Shown here piece by piece: positions 9,764-22,300 of a stretch of DNA of 64,000 bases (the first letter of the stretch is position 1; every line of letters begins with the position of its first letter). Where the stretch lies: positions 2,066 to 66,065 of the IMG/VR virus record IMGVR_UViG_3300031857_000139. The stretch is one strand, 5' to 3'. The position numbers were made by a program, and so were the translations under genes. The notes below the pieces were generated by a model. It was given only the letters and a program-made list of their open reading frames with translations. It was not told the origin of the DNA and did no database searches. This DNA is from a virus. Taxonomy: Duplodnaviria > Caudoviricetes.

Positions 9764-12564
9764 TAGAATCAGGTCAAAAAACCTCACTATTAATACCATC
9801 ACAACTTCCTGAATTTGTTCGGGACGACCCAAACTATGCAAATTTTGTATTGTTTTTACAGGCATACTATGAATGGATGGAACAAACAGGTCAAGTTACA
9901 GACCGAACCAAGAACATATTAAACTATGTTGATATTGACCAGACATCTTCTGAGTTTCTGGAATATTTCTATGATGAGTTTCTGCCATATTTTCCACAAG
10001 ATATCTTAGCTGACAAAGTAAAAGTTGCTAAGGTTGCTCGTCAACTCTATCAATCAAAAGGCACTCAGGCATCATTTCGGTTTTTATTTAAGACATTATT
10101 TAATTCTGATGTAGAGTTTTTTTATACTAAAGATGCCGTTCTTCGTGCTTCAGCAGGTAAATGGTACATTGCAAAAAGTCTTAGATTAGATTCAGACAAT
10201 GTAAACTTTTTTGATTGTGTAAACTATAGAATCTTTGGTGAAACGAGTAAATCAATTGCAACGATTGAAGCGGTAGTTCTTTCTGGTGATAAAATTCAAT
10301 TATTCATTTCAGATATTCAACGTTTATTTGAATCTGGTGAAACAGTTCGTGTTGTAGATTCCAATAACCAAGATGTATTAATGGAAGATGGTGAAACTCA
10401 TACAGCTAAAATTGTAGGTCAGATTAGCCAGATTCTTATCAGTCCAAATAATCGTGGACTGTTGTATCGTCCAGGCGATCCTGTCATTGTATATGGTGGT
10501 CTCAGTTCTAACACAGGCCTTGGTGCTACGGCTACTGTAGGTCAAACAACTTCTGGTTCGATTCAGCGTGTGAGTGTGGTATCAGGAGGTTATGGTTATC
10601 GAGAAAATCCAAACACAACAATTAATGTGAGTGGTTCTGCTGGTGTTCTTGTTCAAGTATCATCTCTTGATCCTGCAGCAAACGGTGTTGCCAATGTTGC
10701 ATTTGTTCCTACTGATACGATAGGTTTAAAATCATCAATATTAATTGGTGCAGCTGACTATAATTTTTCAAACATTGCTACATCAAATGCAAACACAACA
10801 CTAGCAAATGCATTTACGTTTACAAGCTTTGCAGCTTATCCTATTTCATCCTTGATTGTTTTGAATTCTGGTGCTGGTATTACTTCTATACCAACAATCA
10901 CAGCAACATCTCTATTCACCACAGAATCAGGCACAAATAATTTAAAAAATCTTGGTATACTGGCACCAATTCAAATCACAAATGCTGGTACAGGATATGC
11001 CGTTAATGATAAAATTGTATTTACTGGTGGATCAGGTCAAGGTGCAGCTGCCAATGTAACATCTGTTGATGCTAATGGTGTGATTCAGAAAATTGATTAT
11101 GTTTTCCCACACGGTAGTCTATCTTATCCATTAGGTGGTTTTGGTTATAGACCAGAGGCTTTACCTACACTTACAATTTCAACATCTGGTGGTGCCAATG
11201 GTTCTGTTTATGTACCTGGAATTTTGGGTGATGGTGCATCATTTTCAACTTCAGTAGACCGTGTTGGTTCTATTACATCAATTAATATTCTTGATCCTGG
11301 TGAAGATTATATTGGTGCACCGCAAGTATCACTTAAAGTTCAAGATGTTGTGATAGCTAATGTATCAATTACTGATTTACCAACTACAGGTGAAATTATA
11401 TATCAAGGTACCGATTTAGCCAATTCAACCTATCGTGCTACGGTAGATTCAACGGCTGTATTGGTGCCAAATGGTGACCCATTACAAACACTCTATCGTT
11501 TGCGTGTGTTTAATTACAATGCTACACCAGATTATAATTTACCAATCAAAATTGATGGTGACATAAACACTATCATTCAAATATCAAATGAGTATAGTTC
11601 TTATAATGCAGCTACACGATTCAATTCAACTGGTGTTATTACATATGGCGATGGTACCGCACAGGCAAATGCAACATTCTTAAATGGTTTGGTTATCAGC
11701 CAAGGCCAATACTTAGACACTACAGGTCAACCAAGTTCATTTGATGTATTGCAATCTGAAATCTATAACAACTTCACCTATCAGATTACACTAGAGGCAG
11801 AAATTGCCAAGTACCGTGACACACTATTGAATTTAGTTCATCCAGCTGGTATGAAGGTTATTGGCCGATATGCCATGAAATCCAATTCTGATGTAAACTT
11901 TGCAGCAAGTAGTGGTTTAGAAACTGGTGAACCATTAGGTTATTACACTGGTGATCCAGGTTCTTATGTAACCATGGAATCTACATGGACCAATGCAAGT
12001 AATAATATTGTTAACTTCTATTCTTTGGTTGGTGCCAATCTACAAAATTTCATTTTCTCCAACAGTAACTTACTGATTACTTTGACAAATGGATTCCAAA
12101 TTGCTTCTGATGTTGATACCATTTCTGTTGGTCCATCAGGAAATACTGTAACCCTCAAAGATAATGTCTGGTTAACCTATGCAAATGTTGCCTCAGTAAC
12201 AGCAAATTCTGGAAGTAACCTCATAAATATAGTATCGTTAACCAATTCTTATAATATCGTTAATAATGGTCAGTATAGTAATACTCAGTATCCATTAAAA
12301 GATATTGTTTTTGCTGGTGACAAAGTTCTTGTTGCCAATAATACTGAGAAAACGGTTCAGAGTGTTGATTGGGAAGGTGGTACAGTCACATTGACGACCA
12401 ATCTTGCCAACACAGTCAACTCTTTAATGTCGGTACAAAGAACAGTATCAACCACAGATGTAATCATTTATGGTCCAATCGGTTTAATCTCCGTACCAGA
12501 ATTAGTAACACAAAATAATGAAACGATTATAACACAAGATAATGACATACTCTTAATAGGATAA
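9760..12564 (+). CDS. gp7: Baseplate wedge initiator gp7-like
   Basis: QLPEFVR....FV.FL.AYYEW, LYQSKGT..SF.FLF, YNNFTYQI...LVHPAGMK. Lies between gp6 and gp8. Confidence 0.75.
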   Translation: MIESGQKTSLLIPSQLPEFVRDDPNYANFVLFLQAYYEWMEQTGQVTDRTKNILNYVDIDQTSSEFLEYFYDEFLPYFPQDILADKVKVAKVARQLYQSKGTQASFRFLFKTLFNSDVEFFYTKDAVLRASAGKWYIAKSLRLDSDNVNFFDCVNYRIFGETSKSIATIEAVVLSGDKIQLFISDIQRLFESGETVRVVDSNNQDVLMEDGETHTAKIVGQISQILISPNNRGLLYRPGDPVIVYGGLSSNTGLGATATVGQTTSGSIQRVSVVSGGYGYRENPNTTINVSGSAGVLVQVSSLDPAANGVANVAFVPTDTIGLKSSILIGAADYNFSNIATSNANTTLANAFTFTSFAAYPISSLIVLNSGAGITSIPTITATSLFTTESGTNNLKNLGILAPIQITNAGTGYAVNDKIVFTGGSGQGAAANVTSVDANGVIQKIDYVFPHGSLSYPLGGFGYRPEALPTLTISTSGGANGSVYVPGILGDGASFSTSVDRVGSITSINILDPGEDYIGAPQVSLKVQDVVIANVSITDLPTTGEIIYQGTDLANSTYRATVDSTAVLVPNGDPLQTLYRLRVFNYNATPDYNLPIKIDGDINTIIQISNEYSSYNAATRFNSTGVITYGDGTAQANATFLNGLVISQGQYLDTTGQPSSFDVLQSEIYNNFTYQITLEAEIAKYRDTLLNLVHPAGMKVIGRYAMKSNSDVNFAASSGLETGEPLGYYTGDPGSYVTMESTWTNASNNIVNFYSLVGANLQNFIFSNSNLLITLTNGFQIASDVDTISVGPSGNTVTLKDNVWLTYANVASVTANSGSNLINIVSLTNSYNIVNNGQYSNTQYPLKDIVFAGDKVLVANNTEKTVQSVDWEGGTVTLTTNLANTVNSLMSVQRTVSTTDVIIYGPIGLISVPELVTQNNETIITQDNDILLIG

Positions 12565-12567
12565 GAA

Positions 12568-14937
12568 ATGCCAACAGTAAAAATATCAGACCTGCCGGTA
12601 ATATCAACTATAAATGGAAATACAGCTGCAACTATTATTCCGGTTGTAGATATATCGACCGATGAAACAGCTAGAATCACCGTTCGGACTTTGGCTGATG
12701 GATTGTTTCATAATGATTCTCTAAAAGTTGGACCAAATGAAATTTTATTGGCTAATACCGTTGCACAATTTACTGGTAATAGTGAAACATTTTTACAGAC
12801 CAACTTACAAAATTTAAGAGCTAACGGTTCTGCTGACTATGTGGCGACAGCCGACATTGGCACCAATGCAAACAACTATGTTGATTTAGGTATCAATAAC
12901 TCAACTTATAATGATCCAGAATATTCAGCAACAAAAGCTCTTGATGGTTATCTCTATGTTTCAGGTTCTTTAGATAATTCAACCAATGGTAATTTAGTTA
13001 TTGGTACTGCTTCTACTGGTGCCAATGTATTGTTTATTGCTGGTGGTACAACAACAGAAAATGTAATTGCTAAGATTACTAAGTTTGGTATCACATTAAA
13101 TAACTCATCTCGTTTAGAATTTACTGATGGTTCAATCCAAACTGTTGCGGCTGCACCTGCGTCTTTGTCACAAGGTGCCTATGATACTGCCAACTCAGCA
13201 TCATCCAATACTATTATTATTCAAGGTGTAAACATAACACAAAATAATAATATTACATCAGTAAATCAATATGCACAATCAGCATTTGCCACAGCCAATG
13301 ATGTAAACGGATACGCTGTATCTGCTTTTGCAACTGCCAATGGTGCTAATGGTTTGGCTGCTGGTGCTTTCAATACTGCCAACGGTGCCAATGGTTTAGC
13401 TGTTGGTGCTTATAATACTGCCAATGCCGTAAACGGATATGCTATATCAGCCTATGCAACTGCCAATGGTGCCAATGGTTTGGCCGCAGGTGCTTTTGAT
13501 ACTGCTAATGCAGTCAATACATATGCACAGTCGGCATATGCCACAGCAAACGGTGCCAATGGTTTGGCTGCTGGTGCTTATAATACTGCTAACGGTGCCA
13601 ATGGTCTGGCTGCTGGTGCTTTTAATACTGCCAACGGCGCCAATGGCCTGGCTAATGGTGCTTTCATTAAAGCTAATAATGCACTTGCAAATACATTCTC
13701 AATCACCGTAAACAATAGTATTTACATTCCTGGTTCATTAGTTGTTGATGGTCTTGTGTTTGCCAATGGTGCAAGTTATGTGGCCAATGTAATGTCAATA
13801 CCCACCACATACGCTTCACCACAAACCGCCATCACACTTAACTATCAACAAGCCAATATTGTTAAAACAAATATTACCAGTGATTTAATTGTATCACATA
13901 GTAATATTGTTCTTGGTAAGTTCATTGATTTGTTTGTATATAATGATTCAGCAACGACTCAAACAATTACTCACGGCATTTCTGCAAATAACTCTACAAC
14001 AAAAGGTACAACAATCAAAGTTGCACCATATAATACAAAACATTTAAAGTATTTTACAATTGATTCAGATTTAGCAAACACATATGTTATTGAAACAGCT
14101 AGTGAAAACTATAACAACGAAGATGTGTATTTTGCTGGTGATTTAACAATGAATGGTACGGTTACTGTGGCCAATACAAATTTTGCTACATCAGAAGCTG
14201 CCTTTAGAATTACGGCCGCAGGAAGTTCACAAACTCCAACACAAGCCGGCACGTTAATGCAATTGACCAATAAACCAAATGTACCTGCTAGAGTGCTGAT
14301 TGACTCTTTTGGTACATCAAATTCAGCATACTCTATCATTGCTGGTAGAGCTGCCAGAGGTACAGTAGATGCACCAACAGCAACACAGAACAATGATATT
14401 CTGTTGCGTATTGCTGGTAACTCTTATGGTGATACAGGATATGCACCATTTGGTGATGCAAGAATCGATTTTGTTGCTAGTGAAAATCATACAGACACCG
14501 CTCGTGGTTCCAGAATAAGATTTTGGAATACACCAAATGGTTCAAATGTTGTTAATGAAATTGCTTCATTTAATGCTGATTCTGTTTATTTTACTGGTAC
14601 CATAACACCAGAAAAAGGATTCATTTATTCACCAACAATGTTGATAGGCAATCAAACAGCCTTTACAATTGATTTTGCAACAACATCATTGATTAAAGCA
14701 GAACTTATAGCTGATTGCACAATTTCATTTACAAACTATCAATATGGTAAAGTGGTTGAAGTTTGGTTAACTAATACTAGTGGTAATCCAAGAATAATTA
14801 CTCATGGTTGTTCGGCATTAAATTCAACCATTAACGCCACAACATTTACTATGTCAGCAACCAGTTCTGCATACCTAAGGTACTTTAGTATTAATGGTGA
14901 CTTAGCAAATACATTTGTATCTGTTCAAAACGCTTAA
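12568..14937 (+). CDS. Baseplate-associated fibre protein with 14-residue coiled-coil repeats
   Basis: N-terminal MPTVKISDLP, ANGANGLAAGA(Y/F)NT repeats, and a SADYV.TAD domain shared with 56328. Confidence 0.65.
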   Translation: MPTVKISDLPVISTINGNTAATIIPVVDISTDETARITVRTLADGLFHNDSLKVGPNEILLANTVAQFTGNSETFLQTNLQNLRANGSADYVATADIGTNANNYVDLGINNSTYNDPEYSATKALDGYLYVSGSLDNSTNGNLVIGTASTGANVLFIAGGTTTENVIAKITKFGITLNNSSRLEFTDGSIQTVAAAPASLSQGAYDTANSASSNTIIIQGVNITQNNNITSVNQYAQSAFATANDVNGYAVSAFATANGANGLAAGAFNTANGANGLAVGAYNTANAVNGYAISAYATANGANGLAAGAFDTANAVNTYAQSAYATANGANGLAAGAYNTANGANGLAAGAFNTANGANGLANGAFIKANNALANTFSITVNNSIYIPGSLVVDGLVFANGASYVANVMSIPTTYASPQTAITLNYQQANIVKTNITSDLIVSHSNIVLGKFIDLFVYNDSATTQTITHGISANNSTTKGTTIKVAPYNTKHLKYFTIDSDLANTYVIETASENYNNEDVYFAGDLTMNGTVTVANTNFATSEAAFRITAAGSSQTPTQAGTLMQLTNKPNVPARVLIDSFGTSNSAYSIIAGRAARGTVDAPTATQNNDILLRIAGNSYGDTGYAPFGDARIDFVASENHTDTARGSRIRFWNTPNGSNVVNEIASFNADSVYFTGTITPEKGFIYSPTMLIGNQTAFTIDFATTSLIKAELIADCTISFTNYQYGKVVEVWLTNTSGNPRIITHGCSALNSTINATTFTMSATSSAYLRYFSINGDLANTFVSVQNA
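13270..13680 (+). repeat. Coding tandem repeat, 42-bp/14-aa unit (ANGANGLAAGAYNT and variants)
   Basis: Directly visible. The same unit recurs at ~23590-23760 and ~28830-29110. Boundaries are approximate. Confidence 0.85.
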
Positions 14938-14943
14938 TAAATA
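14936..14943 (+). promoter_or_regulatory. Late promoter-like motif (AATAAATA) upstream of gp8
   Basis: TAAATA core overlapping the upstream stop codon. Confidence 0.5.
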
Positions 14944-14947
14944 AATC

Positions 14948-16312
14948 ATGGCCAATAAAAATCTATTAACATATAATGCAAAAGTAACTCAGGTAGAACA
15001 GGACTATTTTGCGCCTGTTGCCTCTGTTTTTGGTACAACCACACCAATCAGCACACTCTATTGCTTCTTATCTCGTGTTGTTCCATGGCCAAATGAAACA
15101 AATCCAACACAACCTACACAAGACCAAAAAGCCATCAAATCAGTATACAAGAATATGTTTGTGGCTAAACTAATTAATTCATCTAATATTAGTCCAGTTA
15201 TTCAGCGTATTGATTGGATTTCTGGTGATGTGTATGATTATTATCAAGATGATGTAGATATGTTTGAACTTAATTCAGCAGGTAATTTGGTTAGACGATT
15301 CTATGTTCGTAACAAATACGACCAGGTATTCAAATGCCTTTGGAATAACAACGATGCTGATGCAACTGATGAACCTTTCTTTCAACCAGGAAGTTATGGT
15401 ACAAATAACATCTACAAAGGTTCCGATGGTTACAAATGGAAGTATATGTATACCATTGATGTTGGTTCTAAAACAAAATTTATGGACTCCGCTTGGATTC
15501 CTGTGCCTGTTGGTTCTGTTATTTTAAATCCTATTGGTTCAACAGCAGGTTATGGTGACATTGAAGCAATCAATGTGGTCAATGGTGGAAATGGTTATGA
15601 TCCAGCCAATGCAGCCATTACGGTAGTTATTACAGGTGATGGTTCTGGTGCCACAGGAACGGCAAGTGTAACCGCTGGTGAGATTACCGATATTGTCGTA
15701 ACAAACACAGGTTCAGATTATACCTTTGCAAACGTAGCGGTGACTTCATCACTAGGTTCAAACGCAACCTTCATCGCTCCAATCTCTCCTATTGGCGGCC
15801 ATGCCTATGACCCAATTGATGAACTTGGTACCAGCCATACAATGGTAACGGTAGAGTTCAATTCAGATGAATCTGGTAATTTACCAACTGACATTGACTA
15901 CAGACAGGTTGGATTGTTGGTGAATCCTACAGCGCTAAGTACCTATCCAGCACCAGCAAACGGAGCCATCTACAGAACAACCACAGATGTTGTGGTGGCT
16001 CCAGGTTTTGGTGTGTTTGCAGAAGATGAAACAGTTTATCAAGGTGCTTCTTTGGCCACAGCCACATTCACTGCAACTGTATTGAATTTTGATCCAGCAT
16101 CCAATCTAATTAGGCTCATAAATACAGTAGGAGATTATACAGTAAATGCTCCTATTTTTGGTAGTTCATCTTTAACTGCAAGAACCGTATTAACTGTTAG
16201 CACACCAGACTTTGTATTATTCTCAGGCTACTTGACATACATTGAGAATAGAGAGAGTGTTCAGAGAAGTGCTGATGGTATTGAACAATTTAAATTTGTA
16301 TTAGGATACTAA
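14948..16312 (+). CDS. gp8: Baseplate wedge subunit gp8
   Basis: RIDWISGDVYDYY, FYV.N..DQVFKCLWNN, DGYKWKYMYTI, GGHAYDPIDEL, DYRQVGLL.NP, YIENRESVQRSADGIEQFK. Confidence 0.9.
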   Translation: MANKNLLTYNAKVTQVEQDYFAPVASVFGTTTPISTLYCFLSRVVPWPNETNPTQPTQDQKAIKSVYKNMFVAKLINSSNISPVIQRIDWISGDVYDYYQDDVDMFELNSAGNLVRRFYVRNKYDQVFKCLWNNNDADATDEPFFQPGSYGTNNIYKGSDGYKWKYMYTIDVGSKTKFMDSAWIPVPVGSVILNPIGSTAGYGDIEAINVVNGGNGYDPANAAITVVITGDGSGATGTASVTAGEITDIVVTNTGSDYTFANVAVTSSLGSNATFIAPISPIGGHAYDPIDELGTSHTMVTVEFNSDESGNLPTDIDYRQVGLLVNPTALSTYPAPANGAIYRTTTDVVVAPGFGVFAEDETVYQGASLATATFTATVLNFDPASNLIRLINTVGDYTVNAPIFGSSSLTARTVLTVSTPDFVLFSGYLTYIENRESVQRSADGIEQFKFVLGY

Positions 16313-16315
16313 AAA

Positions 16316-19300
16316 ATGCCGCTTAATTTTAACGTTGATCCATATTATGACGACTTTGATCCTGCTAAGAACTTTCATCGAATTCTTTTTAAGCCAGGAT
16401 TTGCGGTTCAAGCACGAGAGTTAACTCAATCTCAAAGTATTCTTCAGGATCAAATCACTAAGTTTGCTGATAACATCTTCAAACAAAACTCACCAGTTAC
16501 AGGCGGCCAAGTAACAACCAATTTTAATTGTTCTTATATTAAATTACAACCAACTTATAATGATGCAGCAATTGATATCAATGCATTTGCAAACAAATTA
16601 GTTCGTAATGCCACAGGTACTGTTCTTGCACAAGTGATTGCTATTGTGGCTGCCACAGGTACTACAGGTGCTGGTGACCCACCAACACTAATCGTATCTT
16701 ATAAATCTGGTGACCAGTTTCAAGATGATGATGTTGTCTATGATGTAACATCTAATTTAACTGCTCAAGCACAGGCACTAGATGCCACAGGTCTTTCATC
16801 GGTTGCTTCGATTGCACAAGGTGTATTCTATGTGTCAAGCAACTATACTCGTTCAGATGGTATCACCATTTCTGATGGTCTTTTTGTTCAAGTAAATCCT
16901 CAGACTGTTGTTGTTGATAAGTATGATAATACACCAACAAAACGTATTGGTCTAAACATTGATGAAACTATTACAGACTATGTAAACGATACATCATTAT
17001 TGGATCCTGCTGTTGGTGCATCTAACTATCAGGCACCAGGTGCAGACCGATATAAGGTTACTCTCACACTAGAAAGCCGACCAATTACATTTGGTGATGA
17101 TGATGGCTTCATTGAGTTAGTTCGTGTAGAAGATGGTAACACAGTCAAGTTGGTTGATGGTTCTGTCTATGGTGTCATTGATGATTACTTTGCCAAGCGT
17201 GACTATGAAACCAATGGTGACTATGTTGTATCTGATTTCAAACTAACACCAAGAGCCAACACATCCGATCCAGATGCCTACATTATGAATGTGGGTAAAG
17301 GCCTGGCATATGTTCATGGTTATCGTTTAGAGAACTTCACAAGTATTGATTTAAACTCTGCTCGTGCTAGAACAACTGAAACACAAAATAATAATCCAGT
17401 CTTTATCAACTTTGGTAGTTATTTCTATGTTGATAATGTTAATGGTGCCAACTCATCTTACTTTGACACCACATCTTATTCACAAGTAGATTTACATTGT
17501 GTTGATTCTGGTGCCGTATCCTTTGCCAATTCAAACACATACAATGCAACCGTTGTGGCCACGGCCAATGTTCGTGCCTTGATATATGATAGCTCTACAG
17601 CAAGCAATGCAAACAGTTATGTGTATAAGGCTTACGTTGCCAACATTCAAAATCAAACACAAGTTGCAACCGCCAATGGTGGTTCTTCATCAACAATTAC
17701 ATTACCAAGTTACTTCTCAAATTTAACTGATGCATATCTTGGTGTAAACATTACAATTAATTCAGGACCTGGTGCAGGTGATTTTAGAACAATCACAGCA
17801 TACAATGGCACAACAAAGGTTGCAACAGTTAATCAAAACTGGACAGCCACACCAACAACAGCTTCAGTATTCACATTAAACTTTGACACCAAAGATATTG
17901 AATCAATCATCTATGCAAACAAGAGTTCATATCCAGCTTCAATGTATGCTCGTGCTGACATTGATGCAGAGCAAGGTAAAGTAGGTGGTCTAGAAACTGG
18001 TGATACTGTTTTACAAAATCCAAATGTACCTGAACTTGTGTTCACCATTGGTAATCCTTATGTTGAAACAATCACCGATACATCATATACAACACAACAA
18101 GTATGGCGTAGTGTATCATTTACACCTTCTGGTGGTGCTTTCGTTGCAACATTGCCATACACAGGTGATTACAATGGTGTGATTCGCCATTTTGGTACAC
18201 CAAGCACCACACTTTCTGCTGACCTTGTAAAACAAAACTTTACTATTGTTGTTACAAATGCCGGCAGTTCTACACTTAATGTGGGTGACAATGTTATTTG
18301 GACTACTGGTGGTAGAACGGTTACATTGAATGCTAGTGGTTCTACTGCTACACTATCGGCTTCTGATGTTGGTGGCACATTTACTGCCACAGTTTATGCA
18401 AAAGTATTTGTTGAGAATGCTCAAGATACAGGTCGTATTTTAAAGAACAAGTATCTCATTCAAGCTAACACAAGTGTAATCAATAGTAGTAATACACAAA
18501 TTGCTACCTATACATTTGTTGATGATACAAGTTTGACATCTACAGGCCAAGTTTATATTCAAAATGCTGGCCTTGTTGCACCAGGAAATATTCAAAGTTT
18601 ATATCTCTCTGATGTAAAACAAATCGTTAAAATTATTGACACAAAGAATGCAAATACCGTTCCAACGGTAGCAATGATAAGCAATCCTTTGTATGATGTT
18701 ACAAACAATTATAACTTTGATAATGGCCAACGAGATTCATACTATGACCATGCTAGCATCACATTAAAACCTGGTGCCTCTCAACCCATTGGTAATCTTC
18801 TTGTATTAGTTGATTACTATCAGGCTTCTGGTGGTGATGGATATTTTAGTATATTATCGTATGCAAACGAACAATATCAAGAGATACCACAATACACCAG
18901 CACATACGGAACACTTTATTATCTAAGAGATTGTATAGATTTCCGACCAACTCGTGTCAATGCAACAACTGTGTTTGAGTTCCGTTATTCTAACTCAGGC
19001 ACCAATCGTGGTGTATTTTTACCTGTTGATTTAACCACATTCTTAGGTGATTATTCTTATTACCTTGGTCGTAAAGACAAATTAGTATTGAGTAAAGATA
19101 GAAGCTTCCAAATTGTTGAAGGTGCTCCATCTCTCAATCCAATTTACCCAACAGAACCAGATGGTTCATTGGTCATTGCACAGTTAATTCACAACCCATA
19201 CACAGGTTATATTCCAACAGAAGCACCTCCTGGAACACTTGCTGACCTATCAATTCAAAAGGTCAAACACAAGCGTTACACAATGCAAGACATTGCTGGT

Positions 19301-22300
19301 TTAGAGAATCGTATTAATCAGATTGAATACTATGCATCATTGAACCTGTTAGAACAGAAAGCCAGTTCGTTACAAATTACCGATTCATTTGGTCTCAATC
19401 GATTTAAGAATGGTATTGTTGTTGATGACTTCTCTAGTTACGCAACAGCTGATACACAGAATCTAGATTACTTTGCTACTATCAATCGCCGTGAGCGCAA
19501 GATGACGGCAACACAGAATGTTCGTAACTTTCCATTGAAGTCATTAGCGTTGGCATACAATATGAATATGCCTTCTGCTGATACATCAACAGCATTAGGT
19601 TACAACATCAGTACCGATAGTTACATCAACTACTTTACATTACCATACACAACAGCCAATGCAATTACACAACGTATCGCATCACGCACAGTCAATGTAA
19701 ATCCATTTGCTTTCAATACAAAAGAAGGTGTTGTAAGTCTATCACCAAACGTAGACAATTGGGTTGATACAAACTATGCACCTGCTCTGTTGATTACTGA
19801 TCCAAACTTACAAGTATTCCGTGCAAATCAAGGACAGATTAATGTTCTTTCTGCTGGTGACTGGCAAGCTATCTCTGGTACATCATTCAGTTCTACACAA
19901 TGGGGTAGAAACTGGAATCTCACAACGACTGTTCAAACAACCAACTTTGCAGCTAGTGATATCGTAGGTCCATATGACCGTATTGGTAACACATATGCAC
20001 TTGACAATGGTTACATTACTGACATCAGTATTTTACCATATATTCGTTCACAAGAAGTTGTTGTTCGTACCAAAGGTTTATTAATCAATACATTGGTCAC
20101 AGGCCAGTTTGATAACATTGATGTTACAAATTACATTCGTAAAGGTAATCGTATTGAATTAACTGGTGTTTCTGGTACATTCAATGAGAATGATATCATT
20201 GGTTACTTTAGTTCTGGTGTATTCACACCAACAGGCCGTGTATTAGGTGTCTATCGTTATCCAGGAACAAGTAATGTTCGTCTGTATATTGCAGGTGATG
20301 CCACTTCAACACAGTATAGTAACTCATCTGTATTACAAAACGGTTTCTATAACACTGCTGGTGTATATCAGAACTCTACAGCACAAGGTACGATTGCATC
20401 TACTTCACATCTAGGTGGTCGTATTGTTAACTACGAAGCTACCAATAAGATTAAATTGTCTGCCTTGGCTAGCACAACAAACAATTACTATACAAGTAAT
20501 ACAATCTATATCAATGCTGGTACAGGTGCAGGTCAATCAGCAACCATCTCAGCATACTATGGTGCCAATCAAACTGCATTGTTATCAAGCACCGTAACGG
20601 CAGCCAATGGTGACATCTATTCTATTGGCACATTAAGAACTGATGAGTCTGGTGCTCTGTATGGTGTATTCATTATTCCAGAGAATACATTCCATACAGG
20701 TGAGCGTGTTCTGAATATCAATAACGGCATCAATGGCAATATTGATAGTGCTACCACATTTGCAGAAGCAACATACTACGCACAAGGATTACAAGCAACA
20801 TCTCAGCGTATGGATTTTGGTGCTTCACCATCAGGTGCAAAAGGAACATTTACATCAACTAGAACTGCTTCGACAACAACTATCTCAACAGTATTCAATG
20901 TATGGGATCCTGTTGCACAGACAATCATCATTTCTAAAGACAATTATCCAAATGGTATGTTCTTGAATTCTGTCAAAGTATTTTTTAGAGGCAAACCAGC
21001 TAACGACAGTTCACCAGTCAGCCTGTATATGGTTGGTACATTGAATGGTTATCCAAACGGTGATGTCATCGACAACTCTGTTGTTACATTGACACCAGAC
21101 CAAGTAGTAGTATCTGAGAATCCACAATATTTGGATCCAACAACATACACAGAGTTTACTTTCAATGCACCAGTATACATTCAACCTGGTTTATTGTATG
21201 CTTTCATTGTTAAATCAAATAGCAATGAGTATGTTTTATGGACAGCATTTAATGGTGATACTGCCGTAGCATCTTCTACAAAGAATCTACCAACTGATCC
21301 AACTCCATCAACTGTTACTAAAGTTGGTGGTGCACCTTCTGTTGGTGCTCTGTTTATTTCTCAGAACTCACAGACATGGACTGCTGACCAAAATCAATCG
21401 TTAATGTTTGTAATTGACCGTTGTGTATTCAACACGGCTGCATCACCATCAATTCAATTTGTTGTACCTAAAAAATTACCACAAAGAACATTGGTTGATG
21501 AATCAGTTGAATACTTCTTAAACGCCAATGCAATACCAGACATTACAAACACCGTGGCAAATACTAATGTGCTTGTTGATGCCTTTAACGTAACAACAAC
21601 TGATTTGGTACCTACAACAACAAGTATTAATTACTCATACAATGCTTCGTTGACCAATGGTACACTCACAACAACGACACCAATTAATCCTGGTAAGTTT
21701 GCTACATCGGCTTCTGATAACATCTATCTGAATGATGGTAATGGCCAACGAGTATTGGTGGCCAACTCAACGGCATCATTCTCAGTATTGGCTCAGTTAT
21801 CTTCTTCTGATGATGCTGTATCACCAATGATTTCTGATGCTGGCCTAACTGCCTATGCTATTACATGGAATGTAAACAACTGTGAACTATCCAATTCATT
21901 GATTACTGTTGTGAATGGTGGAACAGGATACAATGTGGCTTGCACATCTGTTACAATATCAGCACCAACAGGTGAAGGTGGTATTCAGGCTACGGCAGCT
22001 GCCAATATTTCTAGTGGTGTAATTCAATCTGTATACTTGATTAATCCAGGTTCTGGTTACATTGAAACACCTACAGTAACGGTGACTGACGCAAACACAT
22101 CACCAGGTACTGGTGCTTCTGTAACAATTACAGGTGAAACATCTCCTGCTGGTGGTCCAGGTCTTTCTAAGTATCTCACCAAGAAAGTTGTATTGGATGC
22201 TGGCTTTGATTCTGGTGATTTGATTGTTTATACAACAGCATATCGTCCAGTTGATACTGATATTAAAGTATACTACAAGATATTGAATCGTAATGACACA

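Noticed and set aside
13270-13680. CRISPR-like array from the 42-bp periodicity (also the 33-bp repeat at 23423-23521)
   Set aside because: Units are in-frame coding repeats with third-position variation, no unique spacers and no cas genes.
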